From positions 64,001 to 128,000 of IMG/VR virus record IMGVR_UViG_3300031951_000015: a stretch of DNA of 64,000 nt. The stretch is one strand, 5' to 3'. Below are positions 36,824 through 46,762 of this stretch, in pieces; positions within the stretch are counted from its first letter, which is position 1, and each line of letters starts with the position of its first letter. A program made the position numbers and the translations under genes. The notes under the pieces are model-generated. The model searched no databases. It had not been told where the DNA came from and saw only the letters and a program-made list of their open reading frames with translations. The DNA is from a virus.

Positions 36824-36989
36824 TTGTGTTGTTCTTTAAGTTTTCTTCTTCAATATATTGTTTGAGAAGAGCAATATAAACTTCCCTTTCCCAAGGTATA
36901 AGATTTTCTATTTCTGTCAATGAATATTTATGGTGTTGAACAAGAGAAAAGTTAGTTTTATAATATGACTCAAGATTTTCATGAGCCAT
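36816..36989 (-). CDS. gp51: Baseplate hub assembly catalyst
   Basis: Manual translation MAHENLESYYKTNFSLVQHHKYSLTEIENLIPWEREVYIALL... Confidence 0.88.
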   Translation of the reverse strand: MAHENLESYYKTNFSLVQHHKYSLTEIENLIPWEREVYIALLKQYIEEENLKNNTNG

Positions 36990-36991
36990 TC

Positions 36992-37717
36992 CTAAGCGAA
37001 AAAACTTGATAACCCTTCCAGTAATACTTCACTCTCAACTCCAGTATTTGGATTCTTGACTTTAAGTGTATGAGAAAGTTTAGGCATCGTTGCAAAAAAC
37101 TTTTCAACTTCTTTGAATTGCTTTGAACTTAACTGATCAATAAATTCAGAAAGTTCTTTTGCTGTGCAATCAGATGCTGACCAAGATTCTTCTTCATTAT
37201 AAACTTGTTCCACACAAGACATAATCAAATCAAAAGTATCATCAACACTCATGTTAAAGTCATTTCCAAAGTTTGTTTTGATAAACTCTTTCATTGATGG
37301 ATACTTCATTCTAAGAGTTAGATTAGAATCTAATTTAATATCTCTAGAATGTTCTTCATTTACACTAATTTTAATATCATCAAGATTAATGCTGATTGGA
37401 ACTTGTGTTTGACCATCATCAGGACAAGTAATTAAAACATCAACATTTTCACCAACAGACTTTCCACGAATATTAAGAAACAAATATTCAATATCAAAGG
37501 TTGCAAGTTGATCAACCTTAATTCCTTTTGTTAAAATACAATTGCTAATGACATTTTTAACAGCATCAGCAATTTGTTTTGAGTCTTCACTCTCCATTGC
37601 AATAATCAAGATCTTTTCTTCTTTTACAAGAAAAGGGCGATATTTGATTTCTTTTTTAAGAGATGGAATTTCTAAACTATAAGACGGAGTTACAACAGTG
37701 GGTAATGGCATATTCAC
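36992..37717 (-). CDS. gp26: Baseplate hub subunit
   Basis: YRPFLVKEEKIL, FDIEYLFLNIRGKSVGE, LEGL..FF. Confidence 0.92.
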   Translation of the reverse strand: MNMPLPTVVTPSYSLEIPSLKKEIKYRPFLVKEEKILIIAMESEDSKQIADAVKNVISNCILTKGIKVDQLATFDIEYLFLNIRGKSVGENVDVLITCPDDGQTQVPISINLDDIKISVNEEHSRDIKLDSNLTLRMKYPSMKEFIKTNFGNDFNMSVDDTFDLIMSCVEQVYNEEESWSASDCTAKELSEFIDQLSSKQFKEVEKFFATMPKLSHTLKVKNPNTGVESEVLLEGLSSFFA

Positions 37718-37738
37718 CTACAAATCAGATAAAATTAT

Positions 37739-38557
37739 TTATCTATACTTTTGCAGATCCGTCCCGTAAAGAGACTCATATAAAGTTTGACCAGCAGGTA
37801 ACAATTCTACACCATTTGAAGGAATAGATCCAGGAGATCTTGGAACTAATCTTGGTTTTGGATCTCTTTGTGGTTGTTGTGGAGGTTGCCCGACTTCGTT
37901 ATTATTATCAATATTCTCAAAAATATCTTTACTATAAGATTTACCAACTACATAACGCTCAATTTTAAATGTTGCTTGCATAGACATCACGTTTGATTGT
38001 GAGTATGAAACTGGAATTGATGCAATATTATAAGGATACAAACCGATAAAAGTATATTCCAATTCTCTCTTATAATCACGATCAAATTTAATAATACGAG
38101 TGCGATTTGATTTGTAATATTCCGGATACTGCATTCTAGTAAAATATCCTTGATCAACATTATTATTGATTGGATTTAATTGACTATCAATTGGATTAGT
38201 AGATCCACTTGCGATGAATTCCATCCAATGTTCAAGAAACTTCAAGGTTTTATAATTTTTATCGACATAAAATTCTAGACTAATATCTTGATAGACTCTA
38301 CGATGAGCAAAATTTTCTGTGATTCCAATATAGTTTCCAGAAACTTCTGCTACTGAAAGTTGTGTTGTTGGAAGAGCAGCATTATTACATAAAAGTCCAA
38401 CATCTTCTGCAATGAATCGACGATCAATTCCTTTTCTACTTAGATAAGATAATAATTGTGGAGGAAGACCACCAAACTTTACTTCATAATGAGAAGTTTG
38501 AGCAAGGTTAGTGAATAATGGTTTTATATCCGATATTCTACGGGGTCTAACTGCCAC
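37739..38557 (-). CDS. Tail-tube-like baseplate protein (gp54/gp19 family), GTG start
   Basis: C..A.LP, L.FYVD, F.E.W, Y.F..LYP tube-fold motifs; divergent from gp4. Confidence 0.75.
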   Translation of the reverse strand: MAVRPRRISDIKPLFTNLAQTSHYEVKFGGLPPQLLSYLSRKGIDRRFIAEDVGLLCNNAALPTTQLSVAEVSGNYIGITENFAHRRVYQDISLEFYVDKNYKTLKFLEHWMEFIASGSTNPIDSQLNPINNNVDQGYFTRMQYPEYYKSNRTRIIKFDRDYKRELEYTFIGLYPYNIASIPVSYSQSNVMSMQATFKIERYVVGKSYSKDIFENIDNNNEVGQPPQQPQRDPKPRLVPRSPGSIPSNGVELLPAGQTLYESLYGTDLQKYR

Positions 38558-38558
38558 T

Positions 38559-38597
38559 CTAAATACCTTATATGAGTCTTATAGTATAAGTATTTAG
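38559..38597. promoter_or_regulatory. Pair of opposed late promoters (CTAAATA on each strand)
   Basis: ctaaatac at 38559 (+) and gtatttag at about 38590-38597 (-), inside a 40-nt intergenic inverted repeat. Confidence 0.7.
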
Positions 38598-39035
38598 ATG
38601 TCATACAAAGGAAAATATAAACCATCATTTCCAGATAAGTATCGTGGAGATGTTACAAATATCATATATCGTTCTTTATGGGAAAGAAAATTTTGCACTT
38701 ATTGCGATCTAAATGAAAATATAATTGAATGGCAATCTGAAGAAAAAGCGATTCCCTACCGTTCTCCAGTGGACGGGAAGATACATCGTTACTTTCCAGA
38801 TTTTCTTATTAAAGTCAAAGAATCGAATGGGTCAATCAAAAAATATATGATTGAGATTAAACCATCAAAGCAAACGGTTCCTCCTATCAAACCTCAAAGA
38901 CAAACGAAGAGATATATCAGTGAGGTTTATGAGTATGCTAAAAATCAATCAAAGTGGGAAGCAGCAAAAGAATGGTGTGCTGATCGTGGATATGAGTTCA
39001 AAATCATCACAGAACACGAACTAGGTATCAAGTAA
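38598..39035 (+). CDS. gp4: Head completion nuclease
   Basis: YRSLWERKF, W.SEE..IPY, YFPDF, EIKP, N..KW.AA, ITE. Confidence 0.93.
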   Translation: MSYKGKYKPSFPDKYRGDVTNIIYRSLWERKFCTYCDLNENIIEWQSEEKAIPYRSPVDGKIHRYFPDFLIKVKESNGSIKKYMIEIKPSKQTVPPIKPQRQTKRYISEVYEYAKNQSKWEAAKEWCADRGYEFKIITEHELGIK

Positions 39036-39631
39036 TGGCACTCACAGGATACGAAAAACCATTAGATCAATATAACCAAAAAGAATTAGTAGAAATTGCT
39101 AAAGAATATAATCCTTATTATCAGACAGCAAGTGGAAAGGGAAAACTTGCAGGATATGAAAGATTAACTAAGCAACAACTGATTAATATTATTAAAGTTG
39201 ATATTGATTATATTGAAGCAAATCCAAAACTTCCTAGAAGAGTTAAAGGTCCCACTTATAGTAAAAGTAAATCAAAAAGTCTTACTGAGTTAAAAGAATC
39301 TTTATTAGGAGTAGAAACCCCCGATGAGCTCATGAATGAAATATTATCCAGACTTAGTGGAAGTGAAACACCTCTTCCACCTGCTCCTGGAAGATATTAT
39401 ACTTATGTTTATTATGCTAAAACTCCAAGAATTCTTTATGATCGATACCCATTAATTATTGTTGATAGTTTATTACCAAAAGGATTTAGAGGTTTTAATT
39501 TTCATCTTGGAAAATATAGACAATACAATACTCAAGATGGAGATCGATTAGTTAGCGGATTATATGAATTGAGCAGAGATGAATTTTCAATTTTACTAAG
39601 AATTCCCTACGGAAAAATAATTCAAAACTAA
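39035..39631 (+). CDS. gp2: DNA end protector-like protein
   Basis: PG.YY...Y.AKT...YDRYPLI, GFNFH; follows gp4. Confidence 0.75.
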   Translation: MALTGYEKPLDQYNQKELVEIAKEYNPYYQTASGKGKLAGYERLTKQQLINIIKVDIDYIEANPKLPRRVKGPTYSKSKSKSLTELKESLLGVETPDELMNEILSRLSGSETPLPPAPGRYYTYVYYAKTPRILYDRYPLIIVDSLLPKGFRGFNFHLGKYRQYNTQDGDRLVSGLYELSRDEFSILLRIPYGKIIQN

Positions 39632-39654
39632 CAATAAATAGTTAGAAAAAATAA

Positions 39655-40548
39655 ATGGCAGATTACTTCCGATATCCGATTAAAAATATTGGAAATCAAG
39701 ACGACTATTTTAAGATTCAGGTGATTGAATATAAAGCACCTGGTCTTAATTTAACGGGTGGTTTTGCATTAAGAACAACAGAAGAAGCATTAAATCAATC
39801 TGGAAATATCAAAAATTCTCTGGCAACAATTATACTTCCAATGCCAGCAAATATTCAAGACAATAATGCTGCAGATTGGACATCTGGAACTATGAATCCA
39901 GTTCAAGCAACTCTTGCTGCAGGTGGAAATAGTGCTATATTAAGTTCCAATCTTGTAGGATCGGTTGGGGAATCAATTACAAAAGCATTTGGAAATATTA
40001 CTGAAGCCATAAAATCTGGAGAAGGTCAAAAAGCAACTGCAGCAGGTGCAGCAGGTGCAGCAATGGCGGCAGCATTAGGTCAAGGAGATATTAATTCAAT
40101 TATTTCCAGAGCAACTGGACAAATTTTTAATCAAAACGTTGAACTACTATTTAATGGTGTAACTCTTCGCCCAGCATATCAATTTTCTTTTGATATGGTC
40201 CCAAGATCTCAAAAAGAGTCTGAAATGATTAAAAATATTATTAGAATATTCAAAAAGAATATGACTCCTCGAAAAGGGACACCAGACCAAAATGGTGGTG
40301 GTTTATTTGTTAAAGCACCAAATGTATTTAAGTTAGAATATATGAGTGGTGGAAAGCAGCATCCATTCTTACATCGTTTTAAACCATGTGCTTTAACACA
40401 AATAAGTATTAATTATAATGGTTCTTCACAATATGCAACATATGCTGATGCAACTCCTGTTCATATGCAAATGACGTTACAATTCCAAGAACTGTCTCCA
40501 ATTTACAATGAAGATTACAAAGAAACCGATATTGGAGTTGGTTACTAA
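39655..40548 (+). CDS. gp48: Baseplate tail tube cap
   Basis: I.LPMP, N.N.ELLF.G...R...F.F...PRS..E, L.FQEL.PIY. Confidence 0.9.
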   Translation: MADYFRYPIKNIGNQDDYFKIQVIEYKAPGLNLTGGFALRTTEEALNQSGNIKNSLATIILPMPANIQDNNAADWTSGTMNPVQATLAAGGNSAILSSNLVGSVGESITKAFGNITEAIKSGEGQKATAAGAAGAAMAAALGQGDINSIISRATGQIFNQNVELLFNGVTLRPAYQFSFDMVPRSQKESEMIKNIIRIFKKNMTPRKGTPDQNGGGLFVKAPNVFKLEYMSGGKQHPFLHRFKPCALTQISINYNGSSQYATYADATPVHMQMTLQFQELSPIYNEDYKETDIGVGY

Positions 40549-41198
40549 TGTCTTATTTTAGAACACTACCAAACTTAGAATATCAATCATTCTTATCAGA
40601 TAAGACTTCTGTTGATGAGTATTTAACTGTAAAAAACTTATTCCGTAGAGTCAAACTTCGTGATGACTTACAAAATGTTTTTACAGTTTTTGACAAATAT
40701 CAAATCATTGATGGTGCTCGACCAGATACTATTGCGGAAGAACTTTATGGTAGTTCGCAATATGATTGGGTTATTTTAATTACTGCAGGAATTACTAGAG
40801 TTAGAGATCAATGGCCGCTGTCTGATGCACAAGTTTATGATTATGCAGAGTCAATTTATGGTGCAGATTTAAATTCAATTCATCATTATGAAACAACGGA
40901 AGTCAAAGATTCTGAAGATCGTTTAATTCTTCCAGCAGGTAAAGTTGTTGATGTTGACTTTACAATTCCAAAACCAGGAGATCCAACTGCATCTTTAAAT
41001 CCAGTTGTTGGTATTTCAAACTATGAGTATGAAGTTCTAAAAAACAATGACAAAAGAACCATTTATGTTCTCAAACCAGTTTATTTGCAACAAGTTTTAA
41101 ATGATGTAAGAAAGGAGATGACTTATGATCAATCATCTCAGTATGTTAATGATAAAGTAATTAGAACTGAGAACACAAGAGCGTCAAGTCCACAATAA
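40548..41198 (+). CDS. gp53: Baseplate wedge subunit
   Basis: KNLFRR, RPD..A..LYG...YDW..L, WP, IHHYET, NYEYE...N..KR.I. Confidence 0.92.
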   Translation: MSYFRTLPNLEYQSFLSDKTSVDEYLTVKNLFRRVKLRDDLQNVFTVFDKYQIIDGARPDTIAEELYGSSQYDWVILITAGITRVRDQWPLSDAQVYDYAESIYGADLNSIHHYETTEVKDSEDRLILPAGKVVDVDFTIPKPGDPTASLNPVVGISNYEYEVLKNNDKRTIYVLKPVYLQQVLNDVRKEMTYDQSSQYVNDKVIRTENTRASSPQ

Positions 41199-41774
41199 TT
41201 TTAATTTCTTATCAAAAACCATCACATATCGGTGTTTGCGGGAGCGTTCTTTCCATTCTCCTGCAGCACCTTTAACTTTGCCTCTAGAGTGTTTAGTTCC
41301 GTCTGCATAATAGAAATCTTTCTTTGGATCTGAAAGTCCGCAATATTTAAAATTACAAGCGCGATAGATTGTACCATTGTGGAAATCACTATCAGCGTAA
41401 GAGATGATTGCTTTAACTTCAGTATCCTTCCGTAACTGTCTAATCGATCTTGAAACAAACCAAGAAGTGATATTATGCTCGGTTCCTTGTGTTTCGGGGT
41501 GTATGCAAAGACGGGAAAGTTCAAAGAGTCCTTCTTGTTCATTCCGTTCTAATCCAAATGCTCCTTTTGCAATTTCAGGTACAGGAAGTCCAGTAAAGAT
41601 ACAGACTCCCTGAATACCACCAATATTCAACGGGCAAAAGTCATTGCCCTTATAAAGACCGTAGTTGTAACCTGACTTAAAGGATTTGGAAAAGTCCTTA
41701 AGATAATGAAACCGCAGAAGTAACTCTGCGGCTTCGGATTTACTTACACGGTCAATGTAGTAATCTGTTTTCAA
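41184..41774 (-). CDS. Mom-like DNA modification protein (GNAT fold)
   Basis: HYL, ELSRLC, ISYAD...H.GTIYRACNF.Y.G, KHRY motifs of Mu Mom homologs. Confidence 0.8.
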   Translation of the reverse strand: MKTDYYIDRVSKSEAAELLLRFHYLKDFSKSFKSGYNYGLYKGNDFCPLNIGGIQGVCIFTGLPVPEIAKGAFGLERNEQEGLFELSRLCIHPETQGTEHNITSWFVSRSIRQLRKDTEVKAIISYADSDFHNGTIYRACNFKYCGLSDPKKDFYYADGTKHSRGKVKGAAGEWKERSRKHRYVMVFDKKLKLLWT

Positions 41775-42694
41775 TCTTCGGCAAGACGGGCGAAATACGA
41801 CAACGCATCATCATCGTCATCCTCCACAGGTGCCGCAGCACGGCGAGTAGGTTGAAGATTGTTGAGTTCACTGCGAAGATCTTCATCAAGGTCTTTCACA
41901 GGACCACGAGTATTATCCTCATCAAACTCTTCAGGGTCCTGATAGCGAGGAGTGCCTTTGGTGCCAAGCACATAGTCCAGACGCTTCTTCAAATCATCAT
42001 AAGACTTGAACTGATCGGCAGCAACGAGTTCAGCAAGCGAATACTGCTTTTTCCAGATTGCTTCCATTGCGTCATCGTCGTCCAGAAGAGGGGCAGATGC
42101 AGCAAACTCAGAGGAGTCATAGTTACGATAACCAGCAACGTTCTTTGCCTTCAGTTTGAAGTTGGCACCTTGCCAGAAGTCAAATGGATCAATTGCTTCC
42201 TCATCTTCAAACTCAGGTTGCATTGCAGCGGTAAGTTTATCAAAGATCTTCTTACCATACTTGAACAGGAAGACCTTACCTTCGTTGGCGGGGTTCGCAG
42301 GGTCCTTCACCACGTAGATGTTGGAGATATAAGTCAGTTTACGCTTTTGCTTACGTGCCAGTTCTTTACCAGCATCAGTGCCGTTGTTCCACAGTTCGGA
42401 GTTCAGTTCGGACACAGGATCCTTCTGATTCAAAGTGGTGAGACTGTTTTCAATATACCAACCACCAGAACCCTGAAATGCGTGACTGTAGAGTTTCACG
42501 AACGGCAGGTCTTCACCGTTAGGAGCAGGGAGGAAACGGATCACGGCATAACCATTATTTGCTTTGTCGCATTCTAATTTCCAGAAGCGTTCATCACTAG
42601 AACCGCTACTAGTATTCATTTTTTCTACTTCTTTGACCAATTTGGCAGTAAGATTGCCCAGCTTGGACTGTTTTTTAAGGTCGGAAAACGACAT
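41771..42694 (-). CDS. gp32: Single-stranded DNA binding protein
   Basis: G.AVIRFLP, WYIENS.TT, YG.KIFDK, FDFWQGANFKLK, acidic tail; sigma70 promoter at about 42739-42767. Confidence 0.95.
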   Translation of the reverse strand: MSFSDLKKQSKLGNLTAKLVKEVEKMNTSSGSSDERFWKLECDKANNGYAVIRFLPAPNGEDLPFVKLYSHAFQGSGGWYIENSLTTLNQKDPVSELNSELWNNGTDAGKELARKQKRKLTYISNIYVVKDPANPANEGKVFLFKYGKKIFDKLTAAMQPEFEDEEAIDPFDFWQGANFKLKAKNVAGYRNYDSSEFAASAPLLDDDDAMEAIWKKQYSLAELVAADQFKSYDDLKKRLDYVLGTKGTPRYQDPEEFDEDNTRGPVKDLDEDLRSELNNLQPTRRAAAPVEDDDDDALSYFARLAED

Positions 42695-42756
42695 TTGGAT
42701 TACCTCGGATAGTTTGGATTCGGGGGATTTACTTAGATAGTATAGCGAAGATTGAA

Positions 42757-43089
42757 TCACCTGTCAATATATTGCTTGAGTGATTCAATGGTCTTGTTCA
42801 TACTACTGAATAAAACTTGCATATCAGTCTCTGGTGGGAAACCCATCAAGGCAACTGACTTGCGTAGGTTCTCTTTCATTTCAACCGCTTGAGGGTCGTC
42901 TGAAAGGGACAACCTAGTATACATCACTCTCTGCTTTTCTAGCAAGAGCTCAAGTTTCTCAATGTGCTCCAATTTGGTCTCACGGGACATTCCACCGAAA
43001 GTTAAAATACTTCCGTAGATTTCTTCTTGTAACTTGTTAATTTCTTTCAGTTCTTCCTGAATAATATCAGAATCGAAAAAGCTACTCAT
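42757..43089 (-). CDS. Conserved cyanobacterial/cyanophage protein (DUF1825-like)
   Basis: FFDS.I.QEE...RL.LSDDP.A. Confidence 0.75.
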   Translation of the reverse strand: MSSFFDSDIIQEELKEINKLQEEIYGSILTFGGMSRETKLEHIEKLELLLEKQRVMYTRLSLSDDPQAVEMKENLRKSVALMGFPPETDMQVLFSSMNKTIESLKQYIDR

Positions 43090-43678
43090 CTATAATGTCC
43101 CTTAAAATTTTCTTGTAATTGAACACGTCAATATTTAGAAATGGTTTATACTTTGAAATTTTCAAACTGACGGTTTCCCACACTGGGTCCAGGAGTTGCT
43201 TATCAAAGGTCTTCCCGAACAGGAATATTCTATCCCATATAGTAAAGGTTTCTATACTAATCTTCCCGCTCAGGAACTTTTTTAGAATGACTGGATGTTG
43301 CTTTGAAGCATCAAGAACCTGCTTTAAGTTGCTTTCAGACAACATATCTTCCGATTCTTGCTTGAAGATATAAGACAAACTTTGCTGGCGTCTCATCCAG
43401 TCAGCATAAGTTCTCTCACCCGAATTGATGATCTCACCGATCCAGAGATTACCAGGCGTGTCTGATGCTACAAAGTTTGATACTAGAAAATCTACAATTT
43501 CCTTGTCCGAAAATTTGCGACTCGTGCGTTCGAAGAAATACTTATCTTTGCGTCGATTAAAGGACGTTATACTCGCACGAGTCTTCGCACCGTACTTAAA
43601 GAAGTCGTATTTTGGATTTGTAAAATGATTTTTGAGTGACAGATAATGTTGATAAGTTTCAAAGGGTGTCACGGTCAT
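43082..43678 (-). CDS. gp59: Helicase loader
   Basis: YLSLKNHF...YDFFKY...F.RRKD.YFF; synteny gp33-gp59-gp32. Confidence 0.9.
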   Translation of the reverse strand: MTVTPFETYQHYLSLKNHFTNPKYDFFKYGAKTRASITSFNRRKDKYFFERTSRKFSDKEIVDFLVSNFVASDTPGNLWIGEIINSGERTYADWMRRQQSLSYIFKQESEDMLSESNLKQVLDASKQHPVILKKFLSGKISIETFTIWDRIFLFGKTFDKQLLDPVWETVSLKISKYKPFLNIDVFNYKKILRDIIDE

Positions 43679-43935
43679 AGAGGCAGTTTTGCTTTCGAAG
43701 TTCGCTTCATAAAGTTCAAACGGGTTGCATCCCATTTGAGTCGCTCTTTCAGAGGTTTTGAAATGAGTTTTGTTACTGATTCTACTTCAAGACTATTGAT
43801 TTCACAATAGTGAACGATTGCGTCAATATAGTTGAAGTTTTCTTCTGCAACAATCTTTTCAATCTCAAGAGCAAACTTAGAAGGAGTTAAAAACTTATTT
43901 TCGATTGCCTGTTCCAGTTCTTTATTTGGTTCCAT
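43675..43935 (-). CDS. gp33: Late transcription co-activator
   Basis: F...IE......YIDAI..YC......E...KLIS..LKE......LNF. Confidence 0.9.
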   Translation of the reverse strand: MEPNKELEQAIENKFLTPSKFALEIEKIVAEENFNYIDAIVHYCEINSLEVESVTKLISKPLKERLKWDATRLNFMKRTSKAKLPL

Positions 43936-44602
43936 AGAGTTCCAGTTTATCTCTAACAAACTTTCTAATGTATTCTGTGAGAAGTTTGATGTACTTTGAT
44001 TTGTTTCTTTCTTCATAAACGACGCATTCTCCATTTTCACAAGCCATAATGATTACAAGTTTTTTGACTGAAATACCAGTCAGTTCGTATAGCATACATC
44101 CGTAAGCCATACATTGAACAAAGTAGTGTTCGATCCACTCTCGTGGTTTTGGTTTTTTAGAAGTTTTAAAGTCAATTATTGCTAACTCGCCGTCATATTC
44201 AGCGATACAATCAACTGTCCCAGCAATACCTAATTGCTTACTATATAGGGACCCTTCTAGGGCGTAAATATTATTTATGCGATTGAGTTCTGTTTTGGAG
44301 ATTTTAAAGAGAAAATCTGATAGAGGTTGAACTTTTGGTAGGGTTTCATTTTTGAGGTGATGCTCAACAAGCGTGTGCATATCAGTTCCACGACTTGTTG
44401 CCGCTTTTGTAATACGATCTGCTTCTTCGTTACCAACTTTCTTACGCCAGTTAACAAAGATCTCCTTATTAAAATGACTGGTCACCGAAGTAATGGAGAC
44501 CAGTCTTAGAAGTTCTTCTTCATCAGGTACAGAATAATAACGAACACCATCTATAGTTTCCCGTTCAAGTTTCGGGAGATTCAATTCAACGTGATCAAAC
44601 AT
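43922..44602 (-). CDS. PD-(D/E)XK exonuclease (Cas4-like)
   Basis: RGT.MH, AGTVDCIAE, IIDFKTS, YFVQ..AY. Confidence 0.88.
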   Translation of the reverse strand: MFDHVELNLPKLERETIDGVRYYSVPDEEELLRLVSITSVTSHFNKEIFVNWRKKVGNEEADRITKAATSRGTDMHTLVEHHLKNETLPKVQPLSDFLFKISKTELNRINNIYALEGSLYSKQLGIAGTVDCIAEYDGELAIIDFKTSKKPKPREWIEHYFVQCMAYGCMLYELTGISVKKLVIIMACENGECVVYEERNKSKYIKLLTEYIRKFVRDKLELYGTK

Positions 44603-45360
44603 TAAAAACCTGCTTCCATTTTTGCAAGAATGTATTCTTTGACAAGTCCAGAACGAACAATATCATCTACACCAAACTCAATTATATCAAAGGATGGCAT
44701 TTTACGCAACACGGTCATAAAGTCTACAATACCATTGCGCTCATTTGTTTTCTGCAAGTCGGATTGTGATGCATCACCACAGAAACAAATTTTAGTGTTT
44801 TCACCAACACGAGTGATGATCGAATCAAGTTCGTGGAAGTTTAGGTTTTGGAATTCATCTACAATGATAATAGAGTTATCAAGAGTCGTTCCACGAAGGA
44901 AAGAAGTGGACCAGAACTTAATAGTTTCTTGTGACTTCAAGTTACCATAAAGCATTTCAAAGTCTGCATCAGAAGGCATCTGGAACATATACTTCACCAT
45001 ATTCTTATAAGGAATCTGGTAAATATCTGCCTTATCTTCATGAGATCCAGGAAGAAAACCAATCTCTCTTGTTGCAACTAATGAACGGACAAGATAGATT
45101 CTTTCGTAAGGAGATTGCTCATCCAGAACGTCTTGGAGAGCATTATAGAGTGTAATAAAGGTTTTACCAGTACCAGCACAACCATAGGCAACAATGTGTT
45201 TGCCATTGACATATGAATCAAACAAACGTTTTTGATTGTCTGTAAGAGGTTCAATATCAATTAGATACTCAGAACTTAACGGTTTTCTGCGCTTCATTTG
45301 TTTCGCAGTCAGACCAACTCCAATAGGTTGGTCACTGTTGCCTCTTTTTCTTCTTGCCAT
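44602..45360 (-). CDS. phoH: PhoH-like ATPase
   Basis: GCAGTGKT, GFLPG, FLRGTT, DEFQN, GD..QSD, DIVRS. Confidence 0.95.
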   Translation of the reverse strand: MARRKRGNSDQPIGVGLTAKQMKRRKPLSSEYLIDIEPLTDNQKRLFDSYVNGKHIVAYGCAGTGKTFITLYNALQDVLDEQSPYERIYLVRSLVATREIGFLPGSHEDKADIYQIPYKNMVKYMFQMPSDADFEMLYGNLKSQETIKFWSTSFLRGTTLDNSIIIVDEFQNLNFHELDSIITRVGENTKICFCGDASQSDLQKTNERNGIVDFMTVLRKMPSFDIIEFGVDDIVRSGLVKEYILAKMEAGF

Positions 45361-45361
45361 A

Positions 45362-45610
45362 CTAGATTTTCTTTACTCGTGAACCAGGTGCTTTTGATGC
45401 TTTATGAAGAATGTCATTCCATCCAGGATTTTTTGCGACAAGTTTATCCTTCCACTCACCCACCTCACCAGGAGAAGGGCAAGTAGATGGATCAGACCAG
45501 TCACGAGTCCAGTCTGGATTATCATTCTTCCACTGATCCCAGTCGTGGACACTCATTTCCACTTCTTTCTGTTCACCAGTTTTTGTATTCACTACGGGGT
45601 ATGTGGCCAT
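45362..45610 (-). CDS. Conserved T4-like hypothetical protein (upstream of phoH)
   Basis: MATYPV...TGEQKE...GW.D.L...K.PGS. Confidence 0.75.
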   Translation of the reverse strand: MATYPVVNTKTGEQKEVEMSVHDWDQWKNDNPDWTRDWSDPSTCPSPGEVGEWKDKLVAKNPGWNDILHKASKAPGSRVKKI

Positions 45611-45648
45611 TGTTATAAATTCAAGATAATTTATTTAGAGTCATTAAA

Positions 45649-46401
45649 TTAAGGACTCAAACGAGCACGGTGTAGTCTCTTTTCTTCATAATATTTCCAA
45701 ACATTAGGTGCCCATTTTTGAAGTTCCGGAACCATAGCATCACAAAGTGCTTGAATTTCAATCTGAGCATCAAGTTTAGAACGAAGATCCATAAAGTGAA
45801 GAACAGAACGCAGATTGAAAGAAACTACAAAGTTCTGACGAATTGCCTGAGGGAGATAATCACGAATATGCTCTTCACACATACCTTCCATATAATACTT
45901 GGCATACTCCCCACACTCACTCAGAATGCGCTCTAACTTGCGTCGACGATGCTCTTGGGTCCATTCATACTTTTTACCTTTACGGTTGGTATAGAACCCC
46001 TCAGGGCGCACATAAAAGACTTCTTCAACATCAAGTTCACGATTAGCAACTTTCACAACTCTTTTTCCAGTATATCGTTGAGATTGAACATCCCAAGAAG
46101 TTCCAATACGATGAGTTCTTGCCTGAACAATTACATTATGAACAAATCCAGAAACTGAAAAGGTAATACCAGGATGTTCAATTGGACCCCAATGACCTCG
46201 TTCATTTGCTAAAAGTTGTTCAACAATCCATTCACCACATTCTATCGGTGATGGAACTTTAACTTCATGAATAGGAATCTCCGAATAATCACCCTTTCCT
46301 GCTTGCCAAATAACTTGCTCTGGAATTGGATAGCATTGGAGTTTTACAACTTGAAGTCTCTTATCAAGTTCAAGAAGATCGTTTGCTTTAATAGGTTTCA
46401 T
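45649..46401 (-). CDS. thyX: Flavin-dependent thymidylate synthase
   Basis: H.GP.EH, Q.RTHR...S...QSQRY, LR..LHF.DLR....AQ.EI. Confidence 0.92.
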   Translation of the reverse strand: MKPIKANDLLELDKRLQVVKLQCYPIPEQVIWQAGKGDYSEIPIHEVKVPSPIECGEWIVEQLLANERGHWGPIEHPGITFSVSGFVHNVIVQARTHRIGTSWDVQSQRYTGKRVVKVANRELDVEEVFYVRPEGFYTNRKGKKYEWTQEHRRRKLERILSECGEYAKYYMEGMCEEHIRDYLPQAIRQNFVVSFNLRSVLHFMDLRSKLDAQIEIQALCDAMVPELQKWAPNVWKYYEEKRLHRARLSP

Positions 46402-46586
46402 TTCTTACCAAATCCTTTTGAAAGTTTTCCTTCTAATTGTGCGAGTTCTTTCTTCACATCTCGCAGTTGTCCTTTCATCTCTATAATTTTTTCAGCAGTA
46501 TAAAGATGCTCTTGTTTAACTAATCGTTCCAGAAGTTTAACAAGTTTTTTTGCCCTACTAATCGGGGTATCCATCATCATCCTCAA
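46398..46586 (-). CDS. Hypothetical protein (C-terminal KGFG)
   Basis: ORF track. Confidence 0.6.
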   Translation of the reverse strand: MRMMMDTPISRAKKLVKLLERLVKQEHLYTAEKIIEMKGQLRDVKKELAQLEGKLSKGFGKK

Positions 46587-46731
46587 AAATTTCGTCGTAG
46601 TCGTGCCGTAATCCTTTCTTTACTTCCTCATAGTTCAAGTAACTTTGAGTATCAGAATACACTTCTGCTTTCAAAGAGTCAACTAAGAGTTCCAGATTAC
46701 GGACGATGAGTTTGAGTTTGTCTTTGTCCAT
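46558..46731 (-). CDS. Conserved cyanophage hypothetical protein (57 aa)
   Basis: Manual translation MDKDKLKLIVRNLELLVDSLKAEVYSD...DYDEIFEDDDGYPD. Confidence 0.7.
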   Translation of the reverse strand: MDKDKLKLIVRNLELLVDSLKAEVYSDTQSYLNYEEVKKGLRHDYDEIFEDDDGYPD

Positions 46732-46762
46732 AAGAAAATATTCTCTCGATTCATTTTACCAT

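Noticed and set aside
20-38557. Numerous plus-strand ORFs in the ORF track (e.g. 20..493, 1648..2025, 8933..9406, 30258..30734)
   Set aside because: Antisense shadows of well-supported, tightly coupled minus-strand genes; no RBS or motifs
41852-42577. 241-aa plus-strand ORF
   Set aside because: Antisense to gp32; a typical shadow of biased codon usage
43922-44602. Cas4-like nuclease as a sign of a CRISPR system
   Set aside because: Core T4-like cyanophage exonuclease in its usual phoH-gp33 context; no repeat-spacer array or other cas genes seen
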